The position numbers were made by a program, and so were the translations under genes. This document shows positions 13,266-24,918 of a stretch of 64,000 bases of DNA, piece after piece (the first letter of the stretch is position 1; each line of letters opens with the position of its first letter). A model generated the notes under the pieces. That model saw only the letters and a program-made list of their open reading frames with translations. It searched no databases and had not been told where the DNA came from. Location: contig OZ038378.1 of NCBI GenBank assembly GCA_964036045.1, positions 185,132,001 to 185,196,000 on the forward strand, given 5' to 3'. The stretch is from Eutreptiella sp. 'Long Island Sound 2002' (Eukaryota; Protista; Euglenida).

Positions 13266-13445
13266 CCCTGGGCCACGTCCGTCACCTGTGCCGCCACCTC
13301 CACCACCGCACCGGTGTAGTCATAGCGGTTGGTGCGGCGGTCCCGCACTATCCGGCCCCGCCCGCTGTGGATGCCAATGCTGAGACGGACGCTGGGCGGC
13401 TCGTTGGCCCTCTGCCTCCAGCTCAAGTCCTGCGTCCTGACAGAC
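13266..13445 (-). CDS. Receptor-type cyclase-like gene, exon 7: class III cyclase C-terminal half
   Basis: SVRLSIGIHSGRGRIVRDRRTNRYDYTGAVVEVAAQVTDVAQG aligns to GLRVRVGIHTG...YDYYGRTPNMAARTESVANG. Donor is GG|GTATGT. The acceptor is at 13445 or 13436; both are phase 2. Confidence 0.85.
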
Positions 13446-14224
13446 CTGTGCACATATGTACACACTGTGCCAGATGTATAGATATAGCGCATCGCCGCCA
13501 GCACAGGACACACACTTTTAGTGAGGGGGCACACGCATGATGCACACCTTTTGTGCATTGGAAACACGTGTGGTACATGAAAGCCAACAACAGAGGGAAA
13601 GATCTTGGCCATCCCCCACAAGGCAAATGCCATATCAACAAAGACTCAAAATCACTTGCTTCATTGTGTCCGGGAAAGAACCGCACGGGTCTGGGGGGCC
13701 AAACCACGTACCAAAGAAGAGAAGGCTGTGAGACGGCTGTGATACACACTCTTGAAAAATGGGGTCCAGCCCAATACAGCAATTGCGATTGTTGGATACA
13801 CTGACCCACACGTCTGCACTGTGCACCAGCATAGACATAGTGCATGCATGTGTACACTCTGCACAGTGTGCGATATGCATGTCAACAGCATGAACAGATT
13901 ACTGCGCCACCGACACGCAGGCATTGTGTGTGGTGTGGTGTGGTGTGGCGTTGTTGCCAAATGTCAACAGCCGGGATGGTCTTGCACACGGGAAAATGCA
14001 AGCCGGGAAGGCTGTGTGTCTAAACACGCACTGTGTGTAGTGTATTGCGTGCCTATGGCAGAGGGCTGTCACTCTCTCTGGTGCCGGGTGGCTGCTGTAG
14101 AAGACTGCCTTGGGGACACCCTACCGCTCTGCTTGATGGTGCAATCAAAGTTCTTGCTAGGCCTAGGCCTATGTGCCTGCGGGCCCTGGTCGGGCATTGA
14201 TGTGGCCGGCACTTGGGCAGCTAA

Positions 14225-14565
14225 GATCCTTCAGTACACTGCCACACTGCGATGGGCCGTGGGCAGTGAGAGTCCTTCAATATTCTGCCACACTACAATG
14301 GACAGCGGGCAATGGTGATCCTTCAGTACACTGCCACACTATATGGGGCAGTGGGCAGTGGGGATCCTTCAGTATACTACCGCACTGCACTGGACACTTG
14401 GCAACGGGGCTCCTCTTGTACACTGCCACACCGCAAGGGGCAATATGCAGTGGGTATCCTTCGGTATATTGCCACATTGCAAGGGGCATTGGGCAGTGGG
14501 GATCCTTCAATTCACTACTGCACTGCAGTGAATTCACTGCCGCACTGCAGCGGGCAGTGGGTACC
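14225..14565. repeat. 46-bp degenerate minisatellite, ~7 copies
   Basis: GATCCTTCAGTACACTGCCACACT...GGGCAGTGGG units start at 14225, 14271, 14317, 14363, 14409, 14455 and 14501. Confidence 0.9.
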
Positions 14566-14870
14566 ACTTCCCTGCTTTTCCAGTCGCCCCCTGAAAAACG
14601 TAATCTGAATCTATGATTACACAAAATTTACAGGGCCAAGCCGGAGACAACCGGAGAGCAGTTAAAACTGCTACCAACTCCACTGTGTTATTCGTTTGTC
14701 GTTCTCCGTCATCCAAATGAACTGAGACCCTGACCTTGGCTCCAACATGAGATGGGGGTGCATAGACCCCTACCCCCCCAATCCGTGGTATTTTTCGGGA
14801 CTTAGTGCGTTTTGAGGACCCATCTATGTATAATAAAAGGTAACCCTCAGACACCACATTTGCAATCTAC
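14560..14870 (-). mobile_element. RNase H (RNase HI-like) remnant of a retroelement, inside a cyclase-gene intron
   Basis: LYIDGS...GVGVY...QTNNTVELVAVLTAL...IIDSDYVFQGATGKAGKW contains the D, E and D RNase H motifs. No RT or complete element is visible. Confidence 0.8.
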
Positions 14871-15429
14871 GCCGACACCAACTGTACCACTTGGGGTTCT
14901 ACTTTCCTGCGCTTCGAACAAACATTCACTGCCTCCCCGTCCAAGTTATCCGGTCTCACAGAAGGGACTGCTGGGGGGCAAGCCCCTCGTCAACTTCTAG
15001 GGCAACACACCCAATTCTAGTAGCTGGCGTAGTGCCAATAGCAACACTACAGTTCGATCCACCACGGTGTGCTCTACCCGCAAATCTTAACCGGCCCAGT
15101 CCGCCCAAAGAGAGTATCCGGGGAAGGTCAGGGCAAGCGGTGGGTCTTCCCAGGGTTTCACCTCCGGCTTGTGACGGCACTTGGCTATGAGGGACGCAGC
15201 CTAGCATGACTCGTCATGTTGGCAAATACCAGCCACCACGTCACGTTGCTGTCACAAGGATACGCCCAGTTTTTACCCCAAGATTGGGCCACCCCAAGTT
15301 GTAGCCATCCTTAGGCCTGCCCCAGTTTTCCGTTGCCCCTGCAACAGCCAACAGGAGCCATCGCCACGGCGGCGGTAGGCATCCAATTGGAGGATGCCTA
15401 GTACCTCGGGTCTGGCTAGTGGTGTAATG

Positions 15430-15990
15430 CAGCACTGTGGCGCTCTGTGGGCTGTTTTGCCCCACGCTAGAGTGCCCTATGAACACATCTGCCCCACCTT
15501 GGGGCGCTTTGTGAATGTCTAAGTGTCCCACGACGGTGCACTCGGTGACTGTTGCTGCCCCACACTAGGGCAGTATGTGAACCTGTTTGTACCACGTTGG
15601 GGTGCTGTGTGACCGTCTCTACCCCATGTAGGGGCTGGGAACGTCTTTACCCCACGCTGGAGCGCTATGTGAACGTTGCTTGCCCCTCAATGGGGAGCTC
15701 TGTGAACGTCTCTACCCCAAGTTAGGGAGCACTGTAACAACCCTGTCCCACATTGGAGTGCTCTGTGAATGTCCTTGCTGCAAGATGGGGCACTCTGTGA
15801 ACGTTTTGTCCCACCCTGGGGTGCTTTGTGAACGCCTCTACCCCACATTGTGGCACTCTGTGAATGCCTCTACCCCACGTTGCGGTGCTCTGTGAGCGTC
15901 TCGGCCCCACTGTGGGCCACTCTGTGAACGTCTCTGCCCCATGTTGGGGCGTTCCACTGGCGCCTCCGCCCCTTGTTGGGGCACTCTGCG
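15430..15990. repeat. ~32-bp degenerate minisatellite, roughly 17 copies
   Basis: The consensus is about GGGGCACTCTGTGAACGTCTCTACCCCACGTT. The best-preserved consecutive 32-bp units lie at about 15815-15950. Confidence 0.85.
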
Positions 15991-16670
15991 GACGGCTCTG
16001 CCCCTTGCTAGGGCGCTTAGCGGGCGAGGCGGAGGGCCACCCCGCGGTGGTCTTTGGCTGCGCAATACCCCTGCACTGGGCATCGCGATGAGAGCAAATG
16101 AGCGCTGGGTGAAGCCCTCACCATGGCGCCTCGAAAGGTGGCCTATAGGATCACCGTGGTGAGGCCGCCCTGAGAGTCTATGGCGAAAGAAGGACGTGGA
16201 CCACAAGGGGAAGGCACATACGGCGAGCCACTCTCTGTCCCTGAGAACGAGAATGAGAACAGCGAGAACGGAGAGGGCACAACCGGGCACATGTCCGGGG
16301 AAGCACGTCACGAGGGGTGAGCCACATTGGCTCACAGAGGACGTCATGTGGCAGGCGTTTAACATGATGTAACACGAGGGGTTTTTCACGGGCCGGTGCC
16401 TGGCAATGTGTGTGGGCAAGCCGCCACACAGCTACCATCCTGAGGGTGTTAATACTGGGGCCAGGTCACCAGGGTGTAGTGTGGTGTGGTGTGGTGTGGC
16501 GTGGCATAGTGTGGTGTGATGTGGGGTGGGGTGGGGTGGGGTGGTACTGTGTGGGGTGGTTCTGGTATTGTATGAGAGCTTGTGGTGTGCTGTGGTGTAC
16601 AATGTGCTGGGGTGTGTTGCAGCGCGGAATGCTGTGTTGGGGTGTGTGGGGGGTCAGGCAGTGCATATAC

Positions 16671-17005
16671 CCTGCGGGGGAGACACCGAACGACCGGCGC
16701 GCCTCGTAGTGCTCATCGGGGACCCCCCGCGTGGAGCGCCCTGGGGACCCGCGGGGGGCCGCGTGCAGCCCAGGCCCGGCAGAGCGGGCACTGGCGCTCA
16801 TGCGCTCCAGCGACTGGCAGCTGCTTTTCGGGGTCAAGACAGTCTGGGCCTCAGTGAGCGGCAGCAGGGGGTTTGCAGCGCCGGGAGTGACCAGCGTCTG
16901 CCCCCAGTTCGCTGCCGCCGCCTGCTGCTGGATATTGCCTGCACACTGCAGGAGGCGCGCGGGGGATGCGGCGACGATGAGGAATGCATTCCCGATCTGC
17001 CGGGC
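16671..17005 (-). CDS. Receptor-type cyclase-like gene, exon 6: cyclase beta2-beta3 region plus a long insertion
   Basis: Acceptor TTCTTCTCAG|GCC, donor GG|GTATAT, 335 nt, phase 0 to 2. ARQIGNAFLIVAASPARLLQCAGNIQQQAAAANW aligns to VKTVGDSFMIASKSPFAAVQLAQELQLCFLHHDW. Confidence 0.85.
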
Positions 17006-18128
17006 CTGAGAAGAACATTTGAGGCAGAGGGAGACGTGTACATACGTATTCGTCACAACATGTCGATATGGCGGTAAAAAAATCGCGAATCTTTGGCTTC
17101 CGAATCGCGAAATTTGGTTCAATTTCGTGATTTTGTTGCGTGGTCACGGTTGTCCAATTGTATGGGCAGTACACGAATGCAGTGCAGTCTCCCAGAGGGG
17201 CAATTGGCCCCAATTGTACATCAATTCGGGTCGTTCGTGGGCTGACGGCGGACTGTAGCATGACACTCATGAAAAAACCCGGTCCTACCGCATACGTTTT
17301 GAACATCCTGAAGTTCCCCGCTAGGGGGCCTAAAAACCTGGTGATGCAGGGGGCACTTTGGGCCACCTAAGTCCCAGAGCCCAAGGTGCGCCACCGCCCT
17401 CCTCTGAACATGTTCCTCACCCCACCGTACTTCATGGGCCGCACGCAAACGGCTGAAGTTACTTGATCAAGTCTGATATGCCGCCCAAGAGCAGATGCAG
17501 CAGGAAAATCACACAGACGCAGCGCTGAACACAATCAGGCCGAACACTAGCAAAGCAGCGGTGTGTGCCACGACCACCAGCATTCTACATCTGAAGGGGG
17601 CACGGACGGAAAATTGCGGTTGTGTGACGGCAGTTGATGGATAACCTATTCTTGTGGGTTACCTGACAGCGGTTGCCAACAACACCAGTCGACCGACGCC
17701 TTCATAAGCCTCACTGGTGGCGGAGTCCAGCGGTTGTTTTTCTTCCTCAAGAAAATGCCGTCCTGTACGAATCGTCCGCAGCCCTATGCATGACGACCCT
17801 GCCAGTCTTTGACAAAAAAAAAACGCTGAATCCTCAAAGACCGTCCCCGGATCGAACTATGGAAACGCCCATATGGCCCGCCAATGGCCGGTGGCCAGCG
17901 AAAAGGCTGCCTGTAGCCCCCCCTGTACCGTGCCCTATAGCCCCCCTTTCGCGTGCCCTTTAGCCCCCCTTTCGCCCGCCCTACAGCCCCCCTTCGCTTG
18001 CCTATGCCAGCCAATGGCCTGCAGATAGTCTGCCGATGACCTGCCCATGGCACGCCCATAGCCAGCCACAGCCCTACCTATGGCGTTGCACATGGCATGC
18101 CATCCATTACAGTCCCCCCGACTCAGAC

Positions 18129-18391
18129 CTGGTAGCACTTGTGCTTCTGGACAGTGCGCGTTATCATGCGCGAAATGGCGACACTCACGCGGTGCATGGG
18201 CTCTTCGTACTGGGCCCAGAGGGCGTTCTCGTTCTTGAGGGACACGAACATGGCGAGAAACGGCTGTGTGGCATCCTTTGGGGCCTGGGCCGTCTGCATG
18301 CGTCGCTTGAAGAGGTACAGCAGAACGAGGGCTGAACCCAAGCCGACCAACAACAGCAGGCCGATGACCACCAACAGCAGGGGATCGGTGC
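18129..18391 (-). CDS. Receptor-type cyclase-like gene, exon 5: transmembrane helix and start of the cyclase domain
   Basis: Reads TDPLLLVVIGLLLLVGLGSALVLLYLFKRR (TM plus basic stop-transfer), then APKDATQPFLAMFVSLKNENALWAQ...KHKCYQ. Acceptor CCCTGTCCACCAG|GC, donor CAG|GTCTGAGT, phase 1 to 0. Confidence 0.85.
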
Positions 18392-18504
18392 CTGGTGGAC
18401 AGGGGCAGGCACACCAGTGGACTAGTTCGGTGCGGGCTGGCGTGGTGCTATCAAGACCCGTAACCTCCAAAGCCCAAAGCCTGATGCACCATGCTCTGTA
18501 GAAA

Positions 18505-20051
18505 CACACAACACAACACAACACAACACAACACATCACAACACAACACAACACAACACAACACAACACAACACAACACATTACAACACAACACAACACA
18601 ACACAACACAATACAACACAACACAACACATTACAACACAACACAACACAACACAACACAACACAACACAACACAACACAACACAACACAACACAACACA
18701 ACACAACACAACACAACACAACACAACACAACACAACACAACACAACACAACACAACACAACACAACACAACACAACACAACACAACACAACACAACACA
18801 AGCAACACGGTACTACACCAAACAGCACGACACGATGCGATACGATACGACACCACACAACACGACACAACACGACACAGCACAACACAATGCAATACAG
18901 CGCAACACAACACAGCACAACACAGCACAACACAAGCAAACGCAACACAACATAACACACAGCAACACAACACAACACAACGCAACGCAACACAACACAA
19001 CACAACACAACACAACACAACGCAACACAACACAACACAACACAACACAACACAATGCAATACAGCGCAACACAACACAACACAACACAACACAACACAA
19101 CACAACACAATACAACACAACACAACACAACACATTACAACACAACACAACACAACACAACACATCACAACACAACACAACACAACGCAACGCAACGCAA
19201 CGCAACACAACACAACACAACACAACACAACACAACGCAACACAACACAACACAACACAACACAACACATCACAACACAACACAACACAACACAACACAA
19301 CACAACACAACACAACACAACACAACACAACACAACACAACACAACACAACACAACACAACACAACACAACACAACACAACACAACACAACACAACACAA
19401 CACAACACAACACAACACAACACAACACAACACAACACAACACATCACATCACAACACAACACATCACAACACAACACAACACAACACAACACAACACAA
19501 CACAACGCAACACAACACAACACAACACAACACAACACAACACAACACAACACAACACAACACAACACAACACAACACAACACAACACAACACAACACAA
19601 TACAACACAACACAACACAACACATTACAACACAACACAACACAACACAACACATCACAACACAACACAACACAACACAACACAACACAACACAACACAA
19701 CACAACACAACACAACACAACACAACACAACACAACACAACACAACACAACACAACACAACACAACACAACACAATACAACACAACACAACACAACACAA
19801 CACAACACAACACAACACACAGCAGGGGTGTCGGAACACAGCACAACACAACACAACACAACACAACACAACACAACACAACACAACACAACACAACACA
19901 ATACAACACAACACAACACAACACAATACAACACAACACAATACAAAGCAACATAACATAACACACCGCAATGCAATGCAACACAACGCAACACAACACA
20001 GCACAAACACAACACAGCACAACACCACACAACACAATGCAATGCAACACA
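18505..20051. repeat. (CACAA)n pentanucleotide satellite, ~1.55 kb, filling a cyclase-gene intron
   Basis: Directly visible array with variant units (CACAT, TACAA, CGCAA). The long VVLCC/NTTQH ORFs in the track are translations of this repeat. Confidence 0.99.
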
Positions 20052-20052
20052 C

Positions 20053-20117
20053 CGACGGCGTCTGCATCCCCCACACAGTGCAAAGGGTCCGCAGTGGGGC
20101 CATCATTCGACAACACA
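20053..20117 (-). CDS. Receptor-type cyclase-like gene, exon 4 (65 nt, stalk)
   Basis: AAG|T GTG TTG ... GTC G|GTGTGT reads (C)VLSNDGPTADPLHCVGDADAV(G). Phase 2 to 1 fits both neighbours. An in-frame TAA immediately upstream fixes the acceptor. Confidence 0.5.
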
Positions 20118-21384
20118 CTTTAGGCATTAGGTGTTATGATGGAAGATGCTGTGCTGTAAAACACATCAAGGGTGCCACAGTAAGTTCCACTGCTCAGTAG
20201 CACAATGGTGTTGGAAGAAAATTGCAATGTTTGGACGTGGGACGTTCAATACTGTTGCCCTCACTCAGGCCTCTTGAGAATACTGGACGTGCACTCACTC
20301 GTGTGAAGGTAATTCACAGCGTCACGCACACAACACTGGGCAGCAAGCGCGGTGCTGACAGCACCCCCCCGCCCCAAAACAATAAGAACACGTGTTGCCA
20401 TAGAGGCACGCGCGCAAGACCCAGGGCTGTCCTTGGGGAATGAGGTGTTTCTTTTTTTCTTTCCCCTAAGGGCAGCCTGAGGTCTTGAGAGTGGCAGGAT
20501 TGCGGTGACGGCGGTTGGAGCTTAACCGTCGGTGGTTGATGGTCAACCGACGCCAGTTGGTCGGGAACCGACAGCACAGCGAGTGCAGGAACAAGCACGC
20601 ACTCTCGTCACTTGCAGGCACCCCCCCAAAAAAACACAAACCGGCCCTTTCCCAATCGCGCCGAATGAGGCAGAGGCGTGCCAGAGTCTGTCAGTGTTTT
20701 CTTTCTGCAGTAAGGACAGCCCTGGCAAGACCACTGCTGTGAACGGATGTCTGCATGGAGGTGTTTGCCGGCACTGGCCGGCGCGGTGTCGATGTACAAA
20801 AATCCTTGCTGCCGTGCTGGTGCCCACATGCAGAACACGTTGCTGCTGCCTAACCAATTGGAGCATACCTGAAATATCCAAACAAGAACGTATGCGCGAG
20901 TTCTTGAGGTGAATCGGCTTGGTAAGAAACATATGGCAACGGGGTTTTGACATTAAGGGTCAAACTTGGTTCGCCATGCATACCCATATGGGGCTGAATT
21001 GGCCCTGGGTTGCCAAGTGGCCGGCCCACTGGTCATGACCATTTTGTCCAATGTGCCACAAAGGCTGAGTAAGTCTGCCAGTTGGCACTTCCGGGTGTAT
21101 GCACTAGTCTGGGTTTTCAGGAGGAAATTGTGTACATTGTTTGTCCACTGGGGGAAAGTATTTTTAGCAGGTGAGAGTGGGAAAAATGTCCCTCTGCTCA
21201 CAAATGCTGCTTGTTTCACCACTGTTAGGGAAGTACTAAAGAGGGAATTTTCACAAACCATGAGGCAAATTCCAAACCTGACAAACAAGGGCTGAGTCAC
21301 GAAATGGGAGTAGATGTACCAGTTGGTACTTCTGGTGCTGGTGCACCTGGACATGGTTTGTGGGACTCCCCTTGGTAAAGGTAC

Positions 21385-21448
21385 CATTTCTGCCCCGTGG
21401 CGTCCCTCCCATGCCAGTGCCGGCAACGCCTCACACATTCAGTCCTCC
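21385..21448 (-). CDS. Receptor-type cyclase-like gene, exon 3 (64 nt, stalk)
   Basis: TAACAG|GG AGG ACT ... AAA TG|GTACC reads (G)RTECVRRCRHWHGRDATGQK(C). Phase 1 to 2 fits both neighbours. Confidence 0.5.
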
Positions 21449-21744
21449 CTGTTACAGTGAAGTTTGTTGGAGGGTGGCGCCCACCGCTGATGTGGGAAAT
21501 GTAATGCAGGGCCAGGGGGGCCCGGATCACCAAGTGTTGCCCATCAGTGCACAGCAGTGTCAAGCATTTTGCCGTACAGGGGGGCGGGGCTGTCTATCCT
21601 TTTGCAGTGTTCGGCCCCCATGGTGTCCACTTCCCTGCCACTTCCCTGCCAATGGTCACTCCCAACAGAGCAGAAGGGATCATTTTGAGGCATCATCAAT
21701 GCTTTTGCATGTCTTACTGTAGTTGCTAATGATTTTTTCGAAGG

Positions 21745-22110
21745 TTGTTCCTAGACCACTTGGGATGCTCCAACAACTTGTTTTCGCCTGTTGTGGCCCA
21801 TGGTGACCGGTTTTGGCCCCCAAAAGGTTTTAAAATGCTTGAAAATGGGCCATTCTGGGACCAAAACAGGGTCCAAAAGGGGTCAAAACCGCATTTTTCC
21901 CAAACTGATCTTGGACCCTTTGGGATGTTTTCACTCCACTTCGAGCCGGTGGTGACCAGTTTGGCCCCCCAAAATATCCCAAAGGGGCTTGTAAATGGAC
22001 CATCGGGACCAAATCAGGGTCCATAAGGGTTCAAACATGCACTTTTGCACAAGCGAACCTAGACCACTTGGGATGCTTGTGGAAGTATTTTTCGCCTATT
22101 CGGAGACCAC
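21745..22110. repeat. Degenerate ~150-bp unit repeat, ~2.5 copies
   Basis: The CTAGACCACTTGGGATG-like anchor recurs at about 21750, 21910 and 22059, followed by similar TTTTCGCC..GGTGACC..TTTGGCCCCC..AAATGG..GGGACCAAA blocks. Confidence 0.6.
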
Positions 22111-22693
22111 ATTCACCCTTTTCGGCCTTTTTGCCTCTGCCTTGACAGATCCTGGGCGTACCCGTTGCAGCCATCTCCACACTACTGTGCGGGGGATACA
22201 AACACAGGCACAGACAAGGACGGAGACCAGGGCATGGACAGGGTGTGCGGTTTGCTGTTTATGGGGTGCATCGTTCATGGTTTTTAGTGTGCAACGTTTC
22301 TGTCCCACCAACTTGGTCCCAATGTTCAGTCCTGGTTAGGCGTCAGCACTCGTTTGCATGCAAGTTCCCTTGGAACCGCCTTACATCCTGTCATCTCAGC
22401 AACATCTAATTGACATGCATGCATCATGAACATTGTTGTGGCAGGCTGCCACAGACATAATTCTCCTTCCGGCGCCTTTGGCGCCGATGGTGACGTCAGG
22501 CAAGAGCCCGGCTGAGCCCACTGACCTCTGGTAGCTAACTGTGGCCGGAGGGCAGGGAGAGGGAGTTCTGTATCCTTGGACCTGCAGACCCCCCCCCCCC
22601 CGCCCTTTCCACTCCTTCCGGGTTGCACCAAGTTGCCCCAATAGCTGGCGTACTTTGTGGGGTCTGGAGGGGAGGGTCTGGCCCTACATGTAC

Positions 22694-23029
22694 CTCCCCC
22701 GCATGCTTCAAGTGCCCCCGTGACAGAAACACAATCGAGGGGCGTTGTGCGAGGCCAGCACTGCACACCCGCAGAGCCAGCATAGGTCAGGTTGCAGCCG
22801 TTGTCAACAAACGTCACCACAGCCTCAGGCTCTGCACCGCCCACAAGGCGACTCAGGCGGTAGACCCTCATCTTCCGCACGCCCCAATTGCAGACAACGC
22901 AGCCTCCCATGGCGTTTGCGGCGGATGTGAGGCACGGCGGTTGTCCGTAAAGGGCCCCAGTAGGTCCGAGTAGATGGGAATATGCCGCGCCGCGTACCAA
23001 GCGTCAAGGATGCTGCTGTTGTCCGGGAC
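22694..23029 (-). CDS. Receptor-type cyclase-like gene, exon 2: end of the periplasmic-binding-protein-like ectodomain, with a 1-nt frameshift
   Basis: Acceptor CCCTGCAG|GTC, donor GGA G|GTACAT. VPDNSSILDAWYAARHIPIYSDLLGPFTD continues, after a frame change near 22943, as QPPCLTSAANAMGGCVVCNWGVRKMRVYRL (like the GPF..C..C.CNxGxR motif of euglenozoan receptor ACs). The exon is 336 nt where 337 is needed. Confidence 0.65.
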
Positions 23030-23413
23030 CTGCAGGGACATGTGGCGAAGCCACTAGTGGCGTTCCTCGCAGGCACCCGCACACCAGCCGTTGCAGAGCG
23101 TCTGATGTGTGGCCATTCACTTGGTTTAAGAGGGTCTGTGTAAAGAAAGTGCACCGCTTTCTGGGTGGTCCAGTATTTCGTTCTTGGCTCATGCTCAGGG
23201 GCTGGGAAGAAGATGCCATGATCAACTTGAAATCTCTGAACCAGAGTGTGACGTCGGCTGTGTACGTAAGGACTACGACCGTACAGGCTGCCATTACAGC
23301 ACCGAAGGTTGCCAGTGGGGGCGGGGGGGGGGGGATGCCGTAAAGGCTCACATAGTGTGCTGAGTGGTACTGTTGGGGGCAGACCCTGGCTTGAGTCTTG
23401 AGGAAATGGTCTA

Positions 23414-23597
23414 CCCCCCCCCTTGCGGGAACAACGGTAAAGTTCCAAAAGTTTTGGGGACAACACCTCCCATTGATAGGGGGGGGGAGGGGGGTTCTTC
23501 ACAAAGGGCAAAGGAGGACATGGTTCCAAAAGCTGCGGAAACTACCCCTGATGTTGTTCTGACAAGAGGTTGTTCTCACAAGGCGGGGGGGGGGGGG
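23414..23597. mobile_element. 184-bp MITE with TA flanks and poly-C/poly-G-ended TIRs
   Basis: TA|CCCCCCCCCTTGCGGGAAC ... GTTCTCACAAGGC(G)13|TA. Confidence 0.7.
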
Positions 23598-24059
23598 TAC
23601 GTTATCTGTCCAACGGCGGTGTGGAAACGTATTTTTGGTACTTGGGAATCGAACAGTTGTCCCTCTGCTTCTGCCCCTTGGGGTTCCTCCCACTCCGCAT
23701 GCTTCACGCGCTCAGTCATTCCCATGGCAGTGAATGTTACCCATCGCTCGTGCGAAGCATTTCAGGCAATTTGCCTTTTGGGGGGGGGGGGGATACGGGT
23801 GGCTTGGCACTGTCGTCCATGGCAGGGCCGCCCGGTCAGCTGTGTGGCAGTGGCCGTCGGAGGCCCGCCTTTGGTACCCGGCCACTACAAGCACGAAAGG
23901 GGGGTTGCAGTTCTGTGGTGCGTGTGTATCGACAGCATGTCGATCACCACATTCCTGACGGTGGAAGTAGGGTGTCCGCCATTGCTTGCGTTGCGCTGAG
24001 GGCTGCCGGCCTCCGGTGCCCTCGGACCTCAACAGAGCGCCAGCCGACGAGCAAATGCG

Positions 24060-24290
24060 GTCGGCCATCGGCCAACCGGCGTCCGGGTCTTGGGGGCATT
24101 TTTGAGCTCCCCGTTTCATTCGGCACATTTTGAATATACACAAGTCTGGGGGCACAATCCCCTTGTAGCCTTGACCACAAAAGGGGGGGGGGGGGACGGG
24201 GGGAAATCGGGAAAATGGGGGTGAAATTCTGCGCCCCGGTCCACAAAGGCCAACAAAATGGCCCGGGCGCCGCTGGGGCCTGTCGGTGGT
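24060..24290. repeat. Dispersed repeat, related copy at ~28215-28420
   Basis: Shared TTGGGGGCATTTT...GGGG(C/T)ACAATCCCC...GAAATTCTG(C/T)GCCCC(G/A)GTCCACA..GGC.AA.AAAAT.G.CCG.GCGCCGCT.GGGCC. Confidence 0.75.
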
Positions 24291-24918
24291 TCCTCGTCGT
24301 TCACCGTCGGTGTGGGTTGGGGGTCCGACACGTAAGCCCCCCCCTGTGGCCGTCTGCTTAGCGCCAACCTCCGTCGGTTGGCGGTTGGCCGAATCCTGCC
24401 ACTGATCACCGTCGGCCGTCCCCACTGGACGCAAGGTACAAAAAAAATCTGCTTCCTGAAGGGCAGCGCCGGATGGAACACTGGACTAGCCCCGTGCCGC
24501 AGACCGCGGAGGTGGGCCCCCACACAGTCACCCACGTCAAGCACCTCCTCAGCCCCTCGGCTGATGTATATCGTCTCGTAGTCAGGTCTTGTTCCCCATC
24601 AAGACAGCGGCGCTGTTCACAGTGTCCGTGTGCTCGGGGCCGCGGAACACATGATGGAGCGGGACTGCAGCAGGGCAAACGCGTTCTCGGACTGCAGGGG
24701 TGCTCAGTCCCGTTAGAGTCATTGCCCCCACCCCCGCCAGATGTGTGCAGCTCTTTGAGTAGTTCTGTGCCTCTTCGTCGTTCCGCGATTCCCTGACTCA
24801 TGACCTCTACATCTGGTGCTGCTTCTGCACCGTGGGTGCTGGGGGTGGAGCTGGCTGTACCAGGCAGCGAGGTGGCGTGAAAGCAAAGGCGCCGCCACCC
24901 GCAGGGCGCAGGGCATAC

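Noticed and set aside
18396-18495. Alternative longer acceptor for the TM exon (CTACAG|A at 18495)
   Set aside because: It is phase 2 and does not fit the phase-1 donor of exon 4; the 18391 acceptor fits.
18491-20200. Long ORFs (285-409 aa) of VVLCC/NTTQH
   Set aside because: They are translations of the (CACAA)n satellite, which lacks stop codons in these frames.
24406-24918. C-terminal 170 aa of the 477-aa ORF as coding
   Set aside because: GC3 bias and homology stop at a TTG|GTATGC donor whose phase matches the next exon, so the remainder is read as intron.
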